Positions 1-14,253 of a stretch of 64,000 bases of DNA are shown here, one piece after another (the first letter of the stretch is position 1; each line of letters begins with the position of its first letter). The DNA comes from Octopus vulgaris (lineage: Eukaryota). The stretch is from the NCBI GenBank assembly GCA_951406725.2, contig OX597817.1, positions 142,166,001-142,230,000 on the forward strand, read 5' to 3'. The notes below the pieces were generated by a model. It saw nothing but the letters and a program-made list of their open reading frames with translations, was not told the origin of the DNA and searched no databases. Made by a program: the position numbers and the translations under genes.

Positions 1-7
1 TCTTGTC

Positions 8-65
8 AATATTATTATTATTATTATCAGTAGTAATAGTAGTAGTAGTTGTTGTAGGTGTAGTT

Positions 66-117
<52 letters not shown>

Positions 118-225
118 CAGCAGCAGTAGTAGTAGTAGTAATAGTAGTAGTAGTAGTAGCAGCAGCCGTAGTAGTATAAGGAGGAGGAGGAGGAGGGACA
201 GCAGCCGCAGCAGCAGTAGTAGCAG
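8..225. repeat. Compound trinucleotide microsatellite (TAT/TAG/CAG/GAG)
   Basis: Direct reading; explains the spurious poly-Y/C ORF 27..281. Confidence 0.95.
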
Positions 226-1384
226 AAGGATTGTACAAGAAATGTCGTTTGGGGGCGTCGGGATAATTTTTCTAAGATCAAACTGTAATTTGATCGAAAT
301 CTTTAATTTAAAGTCCGTTTTCTATCCTCATAACGCTTTTGAGAAAATTACAATAGTGGCCGATCTCTGCTGTTTCCGCCAACCAGTCGAGCACTCAGCT
401 GGACAAGATGCGGCAGAAGAACCTTGTTATATTTGTATAGGGAAAAGAATAATTAAAGTTGTAATATTCTTTTAACACATTTTGTAATTCTTTCTTTAGC
501 AAATGATTTTAAACATCACGTATATTTTAAAGAAAATAACACACACATACAAACACACACTTATATTGTCTTGACTTTTTTTTTGTTTTCAATATCTTTA
601 TGAAATCATTTTTGTTTTTTACGGTTTCTGATTGACTTCCGTTTGTGTGTTTTTTCTTGATAAAAATATCCTCGCGATGTTCGTCTATGATTGAGTAGGT
701 GTCTCTGAAAGATGCATTGTGTGCTATACGCTAATGCATTGGATTTTTCCCGAGGTGTATAGCGATGGATAATGTGTTTCTATAAAAAAAAATGGATACA
801 AGTCAGACATAATAAAAAATGGCGACGTAATTTGAGGCGTCAGGTAGTTCTTCCTACATTACTATTCTTGTTATATAACCTGACGTCAACTCTGGTCACA
901 TAAAACTATGATCAAAAGCGTTCCAGTTGTGACTGTTGCGTTTTTTATTTTAAGGGTTTGTTTTATCTTAGCCCACATTGTGCAGTGAGTAATTCCTTTT
1001 AAACCAATTAGTGCGCAGGAGAATTAGTTTGTTTTTTTGAGTAGGCCAAACGACAACGCAAAGGTTTTCCAGTTGACGTTTGTTATATATATCGTAATGG
1101 GTTTTAGAAACCCATAACGGGTTTCAGGCCCTTCGCTTGCTCGTGGCTACAGTTCCCTGGCTGAAATTAGGAACAGAATTAATCAGTCGCATGTGAACAT
1201 CATATAAACATCTGTCCCGTCGACTAATTAACTTTATATAAGACAGCTTCATTTATCTTACCAATTTACTTTGATAATTATTTTTCTAACTCGCCACTAT
1301 ATTCGCTAGGATGTCTTTAATTTCAATATTCGTAATTAGACGGCGGTTAATTACTAACGTGATATAACCAGAGTTTTGTTAGGT

Positions 1385-1715
1385 TGGAACCTTTTCTTTT
1401 AAGACTGGCATTCCGTCGGTTACGACGAGCAGCATTCCAGCTGATCCAATAAACGAAACAACCTGATCGTGAAATTAGCTTGTAAGTGGCTGAGCACTCC
1501 ACAGACACGCGTTCACTTAAGTTCTCAGGGAGTTTCAGCATGACACAAGGTGTGACAAGCCTAGACTTTGAAATACAGATGCAACTCATTTTTGCCAGCT
1601 GAGTGGACTGGAGCAACGTGAAATAGAGTGTCTTGCTTAAGGATAAAATGTGCTGCCGGGAAACCAACTTACAACTTTACAATCGGGAGCCGAATGTCCT
1701 AACCACTAAGTCATT
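1385..1715 (-). mobile_element. tRNA-derived SINE, family C, diverged copy
   Basis: Minus strand has a tRNA-like head (TGACTTAGTGGTTAGG) then gcaagacactctatttcacgttgctccagtccactcagctgg. Homologous segments occur at about 9270-9540, 36070-36375, 50325-50760 and 51880-52195. Confidence 0.8.
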
Positions 1716-1766
1716 CTCCTTCAGTAGTGTGACACTTAACAAGGGGAAGGACACGTGGCACACATT

Positions 1767-1910
1767 CTTTTCTACTCTAGGCACAAGACCCGAAATTTTG
1801 GGGGAGGGAACCAGTCGATTAGATTGACCCCAGTACGCAACTGGTACTTAATTTATCGACCCCCGGAAGGATGAAAGGCAAAGTCGACCTCGGCGGAATT
1901 TGAACTCAGA
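1767..1910 (-). mobile_element. 5'-truncated family A SINE with 16-bp target-site duplication
   Basis: Carries the family A core. Flanked by acacgtggcacacatt (1751-1766) and acacgtggtacacatt (1911-1926). Confidence 0.85.
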
Positions 1911-2669
1911 ACACGTGGTACACATTGTGTGACCAATGACTGAATTTCGTCCAGAGGCATCACGTTTGGCAGACATTAGCTTAATTCATTAAATACAAAT
2001 AGGTAACTTGGAATAGATCGTTGGCGCACCCAGAGGTACCATTCTGTTCTTTGAAGATGAATTCTCTCATCCATTTCTGAATTATGAACGTCTACGCGTT
2101 CATAGGTTGAACTATCTTCTCATTGAATTAGCGTGCAATGTGGCCGAGTATTCCACAGACACATGTATGTTTGGCGCATTTCCTACGCACAAAACACATA
2201 CGACGTAGCTGAACGTTTGAATTACAGATAAAATCCATCCGACAGAATTGCATTGTCCACAAGCAGTAAGGTCGAACCCAGGATCTTACGGTTTGCCAGA
2301 CAAAATTCTTAACTATTCAGTCATACCTACATCCACATCGTTGAAGTAAAAATCTTTGGATTACGGAATTTAATAAACAAGGCTTTATTTCTACAGTCAG
2401 TTATACAACAGATAACATTTTAAATTATAGCATTTAAATAAAACAGAAACGGAAAAACGAAAGAGGAGATAAAGCAGTAGAAGATGAAAGGAGATGGATG
2501 ATGGATCACACATCTCGGAATAAATGGAGTGCTCAGCCGTGACCCGCAGCTCTAAAGCTGATGGCCTTGCGGCGGAGAATGGCCAGCGTGTATCGCTGCA
2601 GCAGACACTCAACTCACGGGGTTCATTTTTCGAACGGGCCGCCGTTAAGCCACCAATGTAAAATTAATG

Positions 2670-2858
2670 ACTTCAAATTTTAGCACGAGGCCAGCAGTTT
2701 CGTCGATTACATTGACTCCAGTGCTTGACTGTACGATTTTTATCAAAAGGATGAAAAGCAAATTCGACCTCGACGGAATTTGAACTCAGAGGGTAAAGAT
2801 GGATGAAACCCGCTAAGTATTTTATCCAGCGTCCTAACGATTCTGCCAGCTCGTCCCA
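2670..2858 (-). mobile_element. Family A SINE, diverged
   Basis: Matches the reverse complement of the 47744-48143 head and core. Confidence 0.75.
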
Positions 2859-3394
2859 TTAACGCCTGCATCCATATTTTTGATATAAATGTGTATGAAA
2901 TATACAACTGAATTTTAGAAAAAAACAATATACAGAATAATACAATAGCTTTTCTTGTCGTTTTTGACATTTTGTACATTTTATCTAATTTTTACACCTG
3001 CATTGCTCAAACGATTTTTTTTTTTTTGCAAACATATTGTTTTCTGCATTGCAAATTTTAAAAACGTTATTGTTGTATTTAAGAATGGTCATTTTGCCAG
3101 TTTAACCAATAAAAACACACGCACTATATATTTGGTGTTACTTTGCTTCAGCGTTATTCATTTTTTACATTAATCTTAATCTTATTGCGGCTAGAGTTAT
3201 TTCGTCACACTCCTGTAACCGCATCAGTGGTTCTTTGCTTTCTTCTTTCTTATTGGTGTGTCTCTCCTTACTAACTGTCAGCCATTTTGTAAATACAACA
3301 ATATATGTTTCAACACACGATTTCACATCAAAAATCTTGCAAAACAAATATATAAACGTAATTTTAAAAAACATTTTACTGCATCTAAGCTTTG

Positions 3395-3790
3395 CTTGGC
3401 TGCGTGGTATTACGTTTGTTTTCCAACCACATTGCTCCGGGTTCAGTCCCATTGCGTGGCACATTCAGTTGGTGTCTGCTACTATAGCCTCGGACCAACC
3501 AAAGCCTTGTGAGTGGATTTCGCAGGAGGAAAACTGAAAGAAGCCAGTCGCATATGTGTGAGTGTGTGTATGCGTGTTTGTGTATGTGTTTGCGTCTTTG
3601 TGTCTAAGTTTGTTCCCCACTGCCGCTTGAGAATCGGTGTTGGTATGTTTACATCCCCGTAACTTAACTATTCGCTAAAAGACACAGGCTTTACAAAAAA
3701 AAAAACATTACTGGTGTCGATTCGTTCGTTTAAAATTTTTCAAGGCAGTGCCCTAGCATGGCATCAGTCTAATGACTGAAACAAGTAGAA
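3395..3790 (+). mobile_element. Family B SINE (CORE-like tRNA SINE), diverged
   Basis: Colinear with the 33785-34200 copy (gggttcagtccc, ctatagcctcgg, internal TG tract, gactgaaacaagta). Confidence 0.8.
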
Positions 3791-5196
3791 GATACTCTAA
3801 AATGCTACTTCTCGTTGTGGTTTTAGATGCTGCTAGATAAGACTTAATTCAGTAACTTATTAAGAGCACTCCACGCATGACCATCCCTAGATTTTCTGAC
3901 ATACTTTGTCTAAGACAATATTATTCAATGCATCTTTTAATTTAAAAATAAGATAGTATTTATGTGAGGGAAATAACAGTTGTTGTTTCTAGTAGATAGA
4001 GCAGCGCCACAAAGGCTTTCTCGTGGCCTTTGATTGTGTCCTGTTTAATTTGGACACTGTCAAAATTGCTGGAGCATTGAATATCATTTCTTGTTATTAA
4101 CCATAAACCCCAACCAGCATCTTGCCCGTTCGCTGGTACAAAGGCGTGTTGATGAATCCGAAATCTTCACTTTGCTAGGCAACAGTGAAGTGACCTTTCA
4201 CCCTTCATCAGTGGTTCCGATTCGAATATTACAGCCATTCCCATGAATCATTCGTAGATGTAAGGAACTCTACTTACCTCTAAATATACTTGGCAATTTT
4301 TTCTGAGTGGGTCTTTCACAAAATGTTAATACGGTTGGGGTTAAATATAAATATAGATACGTGTCAAACCATAAGCACAAAAACAAACGTCGTTATATAA
4401 ATTGTTGAAGAAAAATCGGTATACACAACGGCGGCATTATTAAATTAATACAACCATCTACGTATCATACATAATGCATGCACAGTTCATAAGCCAGTTA
4501 CTGAGGCATTCTTTCTGAAGTAACATTTCCAATGGGAGTGTTGTATTAAAACCTCAGTATAGGAGGGAGAAGAAACATCGCCTTAGCATGATGCTGAAAA
4601 TAAACCTATATATTATTTGCTGTATATTTGTTGCTCTCCAAATAGGGTACGTTGGTGTGTGCGTGGCGGGGTGTAATTTGCAAGGAATCCATACTTGTAC
4701 AAAGCTCGTTTTGATAGTTTCTGTTATCCTTAGGATCGTGACTGTAGTTGCATCAGTGATTTTGAAACTATTCCTATATGCACAACACTGAGAGAAGACA
4801 TGTTTATTTGGAAAAGAGTTTAATGTAGCGAATTAATAAAGACACCATGGGGTACGATATCAGAGTGAAAGTATGTTCGAAGTGATTAGAAAAGCTTGAA
4901 TAATTGATAATGCCGATTGTTTGGCACCAAGAGAATTTGAAGAGACAAATAATCGGCAGAAGAGAGGAGTCTTGGTAAGGAAATATGAATTAAACGTATA
5001 AAGAGTGGGCGACATGAATGCGTGGGTGTAGATAAATTCTTATTGCAGAGAAAGAAATTAAAGCTAATTCCTAAGATTGAAGCATTGATTTACGTCGCGT
5101 AGGAAGTTCTTCGGGGGAAAAAGGCATATCACATTCCATTGCGAAAAAAAAATGGTCGATCTCGATTATATAAAATGCTTGACAAAAGTAGTAAAT

Positions 5197-5430
5197 AGGC
5201 GCTGGTGTGGCTGTGTGGTATGTAGCTTGCTTACCGATTACATGCTTCAGAGTTCAGTCCCACTGCGTGGCACCTTGGGCAGGCGTCTTCTACCATTGAT
5301 TGTGAGTGGATTCGGTAGACGGAAAATGAAAGAAGCTCGTCGTATATATGTGTGTTTGCGTGTGTGTATGTGTGTGTGTCTGTGTTTGTTCCCAACCATC
5401 GCTTGACAACCGATGTTGGTGTGTTTATCG
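5197..5430 (+). mobile_element. Family B SINE, 5' part
   Basis: ggcgctggtgtggctgtgtggta...gttcagtcccactgcgtggcaccttgggc matches family B. Confidence 0.8.
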
Positions 5431-6068
5431 TTGCTATTATGTTGAACTGTTGTCTAAATTTGCCCAAATGCGTTTTTTTTTAAATTTAATTTAATTTTTA
5501 ATTTAATTTTTAATTTTGCTTACAATAGCCCTTTCTTTTGGTCAAAATATAGTATCTCCAGGCTAATTTCGATACCAAGATATGAAAATTGTCAAAGTCA
5601 AGTATAACGATTTAGAATTTTTCAAAAGTGTTGTAAACTCCACATACGACGGATTTGCGGAAAATATTTCTCACTGAAAATGTCATACATGCATGGTGCT
5701 ACGATTTAATCCACCCAACAAAGTATTATTGTTAAGCTGAAACTGTTACTAATGTAAAAAGAAATGAAATAGTGAAAGTATTTCTTCGTTTTTTTGAAAA
5801 AGCAACGTTTTAGATTTCCGACACATTTGCATAATAGCAACGATATATAAAGTAGAATAAATAAATATTGTATAGAGAGAGAATATTTGGTTGTTTAGTG
5901 AGATATTGTAAATATGTGTTTACGTAAGATATTCGAGGCAGACAAATCGGGAAGTAAGAAATAAATCAACATAAGGAAATATATCCAAATAACTCGGTGA
6001 ACGCTAAGAATGTGTCTAACGCTCTCTATTAAAGATTGAATTATGATATAGACCCCGAAAATAATACC

Positions 6069-6743
6069 CAGTTGCGGACTGGTCAGGTTGCCAGCTTGCC
6101 CGATGGCAAGTGGGCTCCTGCGCCATTAGAATCTATATATGGGGACCATGTTAGAATCTAAGAGGCCCATCCCCTCACGTTTGACAATATTTTATTCACT
6201 CCTGGAAGAGGCTCAGGAGTAACTGTGTAGTAAGTAGTTCGCTTACCAACCATATGGCTCCGGGTTCAGTCCTACTGCGGGGCACCTTGGCAGGTGTCTT
6301 CTACTATAGCCTCGGGCCTACCAAATACTTATGAGTGAATTTGGTAGACGGAAACCGAAAGAAGCCCGTGGTATATATGTGTGTGTGTGTTTGTCCCACC
6401 ACCATTGCTTGACAACCGATGTTGGTGTGTTTACGTCCCTGTAACTTAGCAGTTCGGTAAATGAGACCGATAGAATAAGTACGAGGCTTACAAAGAATAA
6501 GGCATGGGGTCGAATTGTTCGACTAAAGGCGGTGCTCTAGCATGGCCGCAGTCAAATGAATGAAACAAATAACAGAATAAAAAATAAAAGAATGCATTAA
6601 TTATTTCCCGCCTGGCTGTGTTTGTAGACAGTTGAAAAGAATACTTTTAACAACAAAAAAAAAATTAAATGATAACATCGTAGTTACGAGTGGGCCCCCT
6701 TCGTCTCCTGGCAACAAATATTTTTAGACCCAGTCCGCCACTG
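6069..6743. mobile_element. hAT-like non-autonomous DNA transposon (MITE)
   Basis: TIRs cagttgcggactgg (6069-6082) and ccagtccgccactg (6730-6743), 13/14 match. 8-bp TSD ataatacc / gtaatacc. Confidence 0.8.
6208..6590 (+). mobile_element. Family B SINE nested in the hAT MITE
   Basis: Full-length colinearity with 33785-34200. Confidence 0.85.
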
Positions 6744-6825
6744 GTAATACCTATAGTATTTAGTTGCTCAATACAACAAATACGTGTGCAGATCATAAAA
6801 CAGTGCACACCTACAGAACAGATAA

Positions 6826-7395
6826 TAATGGTTTCAAATTTTGGCACAAAGCCAGCAAGTTCTGAGAAGGGGCTAAGTCTATTGCATATAACTCAGTGTA
6901 AGGCATCCTCGGCGAAATTTGAACCCAGAGCGTAAAGATGGAAGAAATACCGCTAAGCATTTTGCCTGGCCCGCTAACGATTTTGCCAGCTCGCTACCTT
7001 AATAACGGTTTTAATAATTGGTTTTAGATTTTGGCACAAAATAAGCCGATTACATCGACCCCAGTACGCAACTGGTACTTAATTTAGCGACCCGGAAAGG
7101 ATGAAAGCAAAGTCGACCTCGGCGGAATTTGAACTGAAGATGGACGAAAAGTAGCTAAGCATATTGCCCGACAGGTTAACGATCCCGTCAGTTCGTCACT
7201 TGAATAATGATGATAATATTAATGGTTTCAAATTTTGTTACAAGGGCAGTAATTTTTGGTACTTAGTTCATCAACCTCAAAAGAATGAAATTCAAAGTTG
7301 ACTTCGGCGGAATTTGAACTCAAAACTTAGCGACGGCGAAATACCGCTAAGCATTTTGTCCAGCGTGCTAACGATTCTGCCAGATCAACACCTTA
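6826..7395 (-). mobile_element. Cluster of three tandem diverged family A SINEs
   Basis: Three successive ctcggcggaatttgaac...ccgctaagcat...ctgccagctcg units at about 6826-7000, 7015-7200 and 7220-7395. Confidence 0.75.
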
Positions 7396-7619
7396 ATAAG
7401 GATTCTTTTCCCTGGTGACCCATCGATTCTCTTTAGACAGGAATCTGCAAGTATTTTAAGAGAATCAAAGTGTATATGACACAGTGTTCCTTGCTAGCCA
7501 ATGCGAGCTTCATTGGTTGACTGTCTTTAGTAATACTAAGACGAGCAGCCAAATCGCTTTAAATTAACCAAAAATCCTCATTAACATTCTACTACTGGAC
7601 TTTATTGTCTCGAGCCCTA

Positions 7620-7845
7620 GGAGGCGTTGTGCCGATCACGAGGTTTCCATGGCTTATAAGTGACGAGCTCACAACACTCCCCCCACCGGAATTGGATACC
7701 AGTTCGTCGCAAGGTTGCTCACGTCCAGCAACGAGAAACGAAAGGGATTTGCTCAAGGACAAAACGCAGCGCCCTCTGCGGGAATGAAACCACGATCTTG
7801 CCACTGTGAGAGTAAAACCTTAAACACGGGTCCACGCGTCTTCAC
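7620..7845 (-). mobile_element. Diverged tRNA SINE (family C-like)
   Basis: ttgctcaaggacaaaacgc...cgggaatgaaac resembles the reverse complement of the family C head. Confidence 0.5.
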
Positions 7846-8291
7846 AAAGAAAGGATACACACATTACAAATAAATTGTGAAGAGCAAATTCTATTGAACA
7901 CAGGTTTGGAATAATTTGACATTAAACAGCCGAAGTAAATACATTTGACATTTATATTTGGTCAATATAAAAACAGATTATGGGATTATCCCTTGTGAGA
8001 CTTACCAAAATAACTTCTATATGATTATTCGAAAATGCAATTTTTTTGTTTTTTTGTGGGGAGATGGCTATCGTGCTCAAGACCGTGGTTGAATCTCTGA
8101 GGGCCGAAATGGAAAGAATACTTGTTTTTCTAACGAGTGGAACTGAAAAGTCGTGAGGTGAATGTTATGTGGTTGAATAATCTATAAACACATCTACTTT
8201 CATAAAATTGTTAGATCAAATTAATGTAACGCAAAGTGACAAGCTGGACATTTGTCTTACAGGTATAACCAGAAAGAAAGAGACATTAGAT

Positions 8292-8335
<44 letters not shown>

Positions 8336-8494
8336 CTATCCCTGGTTTCATGTTAAGAAAAGTAGGAATATATCTATCTATCTTTCTATCTATATATATA
8401 ATATTGTTATTAGTATATATATAGATAGATATACATATACATATACCTATATGTATGTTTTCTTGTTTGGATTAACTTTATATATATATATATT

Positions 8495-8872
8495 TCTGTA
8501 TTACCCACAAGGGGCTAAACATAGAGGGGACAAACAAGGACAAAGTATTAAATCGATTATATCAACCCCAGTGCGTAACTGGTACTTAATTTATCGACCC
8601 CGAAAGGATGAAAGGTAAAGTCGACCTCGGCGGAATTTGAACTCAAAACGTAACGGCAGACGAAATACGGCGAAGCATTTCGCCCGGCCTGCTAACGTTT
8701 CTGCCAGCTCGCCGCCTTCTGACAATGATTTCTTTAGAAGGCGGCGAGCTGGCAGAAACGTTAGCAGGCCGGGCGAAATGCTTCGCCCTATTTCGTCTGC
8801 CGTTACGTTCTGAGTTCAAATTCCGCCGAGGTCGACTTTACCTTTCATCCTTTCGGGGTCGATAAATTAAGT

Positions 8873-8874
<2 letters not shown>
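8495..8874. repeat. Family A SINE (8495-8720, minus) and its head-to-head inverted copy (8736-8874)
   Basis: 139-bp arms 8582-8720 and 8736-8874, nearly identical, with a 15-bp spacer. Confidence 0.9.
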
Positions 8875-9525
<651 letters not shown>

Positions 9526-10953
9526 CTGATCGACACCGGGATACTTTTAAACACATTATTCCTAAAAACCTATGCGAGTGGGCATGAGTGGAATAACATT
9601 CATCGGCTATCTGCTCGAAGAAGACAGACCTGATCGTAAACGAGCACAAAAATCAACAAATATGTATGGCCAACATTTTCCCAATGAAACGGAGTAAACG
9701 ATTTCATTTATTGCTGTATATAAATGACGCTTGATTATGTCGCCAATATAAATAGGAACGGTAGTTTTCACAAGAGCTATAATCAGAACAATTTGCATCA
9801 AATTAAATATAGTGAAAATGGAACTGAGAACTCAATTTTATCATCAACGTTTTCGATTTTAACTAAAATATAGAAGGAAAATAGAGGTGGTGCTATCTAA
9901 TGAATATTATGGTAAATTAACATTCGTACAGACATGTAAATGTATAGGTTGGAAAAACACAAGAGTTATTAACATATCAAGTATATTTCGAGAAGTAAAG
10001 ATTGTGTTACAAACGGACATAAATATTGAAATATTTGACAATGATAAAACGATTTGTAACTTATATAGAAGCTAGTCGTAATAACATGTTACAAGCAAGC
10101 TGTATAATTTCGATGTCAAATGCGATAGCGAAGACCTGATAAAATGTTGTATTTATATATTACAATGCGAGATACGTATGATAATATAAATCCCTCTTCG
10201 ATGTACGGCAGAATATCGAAAATACTTAACTCGGTTGCTGCAAATTTACGTAAATATAATTTCGAAAATGAGAGAAAATGAGTTAAGAGCCTTCAGAAAA
10301 GATCGATTCCTCAGATAACGGTTCTCATTATCAGACAGATATAAAAAGAATTAAAACTAGTTTCAAGTCAGTGTATCAAATAAATAACGTTTTATAATGG
10401 ACGCCATGTTTGGTATAGTGATATATTTTCAAATAACTGTATGCTTTGGGAACTAAAATACATTTAGATATTTAATTTCGATAACAAAACAGACACTTCA
10501 CACAATATACCCAAATACACACATACACAAACGTATAAACAAAAACACACACTCACACACACAAACAAACATATATATATGGGATATTGGGAATTAGTGC
10601 AAAATTCCTGATGACGCCAACGCATTTCTGCGCGCGCATGTCTGTGTGAGTATTTCTACATTTGTGTGCCCATATTTGTAGTGTATGAGTGTGTGTGTAT
10701 GTTTGTATGCGTACGGTGTGTGAGTGCATCTGTGGATGGGTCTTTGTGTGTGTGTGGGCGTTGTGCAGACGTGTATGTGGTTTAATAAACGTTTGTGTTT
10801 ACAAATGATAGAGAAATGGACTCAATAAGTGCAAGATGTATATTTGATAAGAAACACACTTGGAGTCTTGCGCTTCTAAGAAGTGTAAGACTGAGATGTA
10901 CGCTTCTGAGGATGCAAGCAATGGAACATTTGGAAAGGTGAGCCTTAAATCCA

Positions 10954-11165
10954 AGAAGAAGAAGAAGAAGAAGAAGAAGAAGAACAAGAACAAGAACAAG
11001 AACAAGAAGAACAAGAAGGATGAGGAGGAGAGGAAGAGGAAGAGGAAGAAGAAGAAGAAGAAGGATGAGGGGGAGGAGGAGGAGAAGAAGAAGAAGAAGA
11101 AAAAGAAGAAGAAGAAGAAGAAGAAGAAGAAGAAGAAGAAGAAGATGAAGAAGAAGAAGAAGAAA
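10954..11165. repeat. Purine-rich (GAA/GAG/AAGAAC)n microsatellite
   Basis: Direct reading; source of the poly-K/S/F ORFs. Confidence 0.95.
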
Positions 11166-11289
11166 CTGAACTTAATTTCAAATGAGACATAAATGCTGGC
11201 GAGAAGTTATTCTCCGTGATTATGATGATGATAAGGAGGACTCACCACCCACAAAAGGAACAAAATAGTGTAAAACAAAAAGCCAGACA

Positions 11290-12125
11290 AAAAAGCTTGA
11301 AATATCAAGACAGTGGCAAGAAAAATCATTCCATGGGCAATACCCCATACGAGCTGGGGAAGCCGATGTAGATATAATAAGAACTCATTAGTGGCGGGAG
11401 AGTGCTGGTTTGAGAAGCCGAACAAAAGGATGTATCCTAGCGGCATAAGAACAGAGTCTCGTCGCTCGGAACTATCAAGCTAATGCCACACACAATGAGA
11501 TATAAAGTGTAGACTCTGCAGTGACAACTTGGAGAGTATTGAGCACATGGTTGCCGGTTGTTCAGGCCTTGCATCTACAGACTATCAAACCTGGTATCAC
11601 CGAGATAGCCAATACTTGCACGCCATTATGTTATCCCGCACCCTAAGAACTGGTATAGATACCATCCAGAGCCAATCACTGAAGGAGAGAATGTTACCAT
11701 TCTATGGGATTATGGAATATATACAAACAGGTAAATAAATGATAACAGACCAGGCATTGTCATCAAAGACTTAAAACAATAAAAAATGCCTGTTAATTGA
11801 CATGAGAATGCTTAATGATAGAAACATCTCAACAAAGGAATTTGAAAAAAATTGTCGAAATATAAGCACCTTATGTTTTGAGATATCTAAGACGTGGCAA
11901 AAACAAACCAAAGCCATCCTCGTTATGGTAGGTGCCCTGGGAATGATCCAGAAAGATACAGACAATGTTTTTGGACCAAATCTCTGAGAAACCAACAATC
12001 AATGAGACTCAAAAAATTGTGTTGATATCAACCGACCACATTCTCAGAAAGCTTATCTCTACCTAATATATATACGTGCCTCAGATCTCTGATTGATACC
12101 TGGTCAGAAGACGAAATAAATTGCA
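11290..12125 (+). mobile_element. Old degenerate R4/Dong-like non-LTR retrotransposon, 3' fragment
   Basis: Broken frames with CRLC...ESIEHMVAGC, ILWD, RPGIVI, CLLIDM and VGALGMI, homologous to 12495-13180. Followed by (AAT)n. Confidence 0.75.
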
Positions 12126-12150
12126 AATCAATCAGAGAATAATAATAATG

Positions 12151-12235
<85 letters not shown>

Positions 12236-12236
<1 letters not shown>

Positions 12237-13275
12237 CACGAGCAAAACAAAAAACTGTTCTCAGTATTTAAGGAAGCTGACAAATACAAACAAGAAATCA
12301 TACCACCTAATAAACACAAAGAAGAAGAAGAAGATGATGAAGAAACAACAAAAGCTATAAAACAAATGAAATCCAAACTAAAAATAGAACAGCAACGAGC
12401 CATGATAAAACGATGACAAGAAAAGCCCCTTCGTGGTAAATACTGCACTAAACTAAAGGCAAAAGAAATAGACAAAGAAAAATCCCAGCAATGGTTGAGA
12501 AGCTCAGGACTCAAAGCAGAAACAGAGGGATTTTTAATTGCAGCACAAGACCAAAGCCTCCCCACCAGAAATTACCAAAAACATGTAATGAAAACAAATA
12601 TTACAAGTAACTGCAGAATATGTGGAGATGGACAAGAAACAATAAATCATATTATCTCTAGCTGCCCAGTCCTGGCTAAGAAGGAATATATTCACAGACA
12701 TGACAGAGTTGGAACCTACATACATTGGAAGCTATGCCAACATTATGGAATAACAACAGAAAAAAGATGGTATAGGCACACACCAGAAAAGGTCACAGAA
12801 AACGAGAAAGCAACCATACTCTGGGATATGCCGATACACACAGATAGAGAAATTAAGGCCAACAGACCAGATATAGTTGTCAGAGATCATGAAGAAAAAA
12901 ATGCTTTCTAATTGATGTATCAATACCGGCAGATGACAACGTGTCTCTAAAAGAAATGGAGAAACTCTCAAAATACAAAGACCTGGAAATAGAGGTAACT
13001 AGAATGTGGAACCTGAAAACAGAAACAATTCCTATCATAGTAGGTGCATTAGGCATGATAAAAAAATATTCAGACAAATACATAACAAAAACACCAGGAC
13101 TTACAAACACATATAACATACAGAAAATTGCACTACTAGGCACTGCACACATCCTACGCAAAACACTTTCCATACAATAACCATCAGAGCATCACAACAA
13201 ATCACAGCACATACCCAAGGCACACAGAGCTGCGCTCGGTAGTGAAGTGAAAGCACGCTATAAAAATAAAACTAC

Positions 13276-13277
<2 letters not shown>
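12236..13277 (+). mobile_element. 5'-truncated R4/Dong-like LINE (CCHC knuckle + restriction-like endonuclease) in (AAT)n
   Basis: CRICG..ETINHIISSC, RHD, RPDIVV, LIDVSIP, EKLSKYKDL and IIVGALG motifs. About 100-bp 3' UTR. (AAT)n arrays on both sides (12138-12235, 13278-13365). Confidence 0.92.
12495..13180 (+). pseudogene. C-terminal part of the R4/Dong ORF (RLE domain), split by a frameshift in an A run near 12895-12901
   Basis: ORFs 12495..12911 and 12941..13180 join into one RLE domain. An upstream TGA near 12416 replaces a likely Trp. Confidence 0.88.
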
Positions 13278-13366
<89 letters not shown>

Positions 13367-13406
13367 GGGCACTAACGAAGGCTCTACACATGCATTCATA
13401 CTTACA

Positions 13407-13440
<34 letters not shown>

Positions 13441-13441
13441 A

Positions 13442-13508
<67 letters not shown>

Positions 13509-13532
13509 ATCTATCTATATATATATACATAT

Positions 13533-14124
13533 TCAAATAAAGGTGATAAACCTCATTAAGGGATAATACAACGAAAATACTAGTTAGTTACCAATCCATA
13601 GAAAGTTCAACTATAAGGTAACCATATAAAGCGTGGTTCACATATATTATTTATTAATTATAAAATATGACAACATCTCTGACAGCTCTTTCGATTCTGT
13701 TATCTTTAGATAATTAATTCATAAAATTAAAACCATCATAAGATGAACCTCTTTAGAGGTAATAAAGATATACTGATTAGAAATACCTGTTGAGATAAGA
13801 GCTGCAAACCGTTAACTGATAGCATTTATACAAAAAGAGCTGGTTATAAATGGCATCAATCCAAAATAGGGGGAGGAGGTAGTGTATAGTTTTATGTCTT
13901 AAAGTAAGAAAAGAAGAGATTAATATAATATCATAGGGTATTGAGAAGGAGAAATAGATGTAAAACGCGTGAGTATACAAATAATGATGCCATATAATAT
14001 CATATTTATCTACAATACTGCAATACGAAAAAATATTACAGTTATAAAATTTTAATCAAGTAGAAGCAAACCGTGGCAATTATCTATTAACCGGAGTTAT
14101 CAGAAAGGGATCAATAATTTCTAA

Positions 14125-14125
<1 letters not shown>
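13533..14125 (-). mobile_element. Probable degenerate PLE terminal fragment with a decayed hammerhead motif (13676-13760)
   Basis: Minus strand: CTAAAGA GGTTC..GAATC GAAA GAGCTG TC AGAG. Bounded by (TATC)/(TA)n and (AAT)n. Confidence 0.4.
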
Positions 14126-14178
<53 letters not shown>

Positions 14179-14188
14179 CTACATCATC

Positions 14189-14236
<48 letters not shown>

Positions 14237-14253
14237 AATAATAATAATAATAA

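Noticed and set aside
242-475. Non-repetitive CpG-containing stretch, possible exon
   Set aside because: No convincing splice-site pair or recognisable peptide on either strand.
10608-10640. CTGATGA hammerhead-like heptamer
   Set aside because: No stem II hairpin followed by GAAA.
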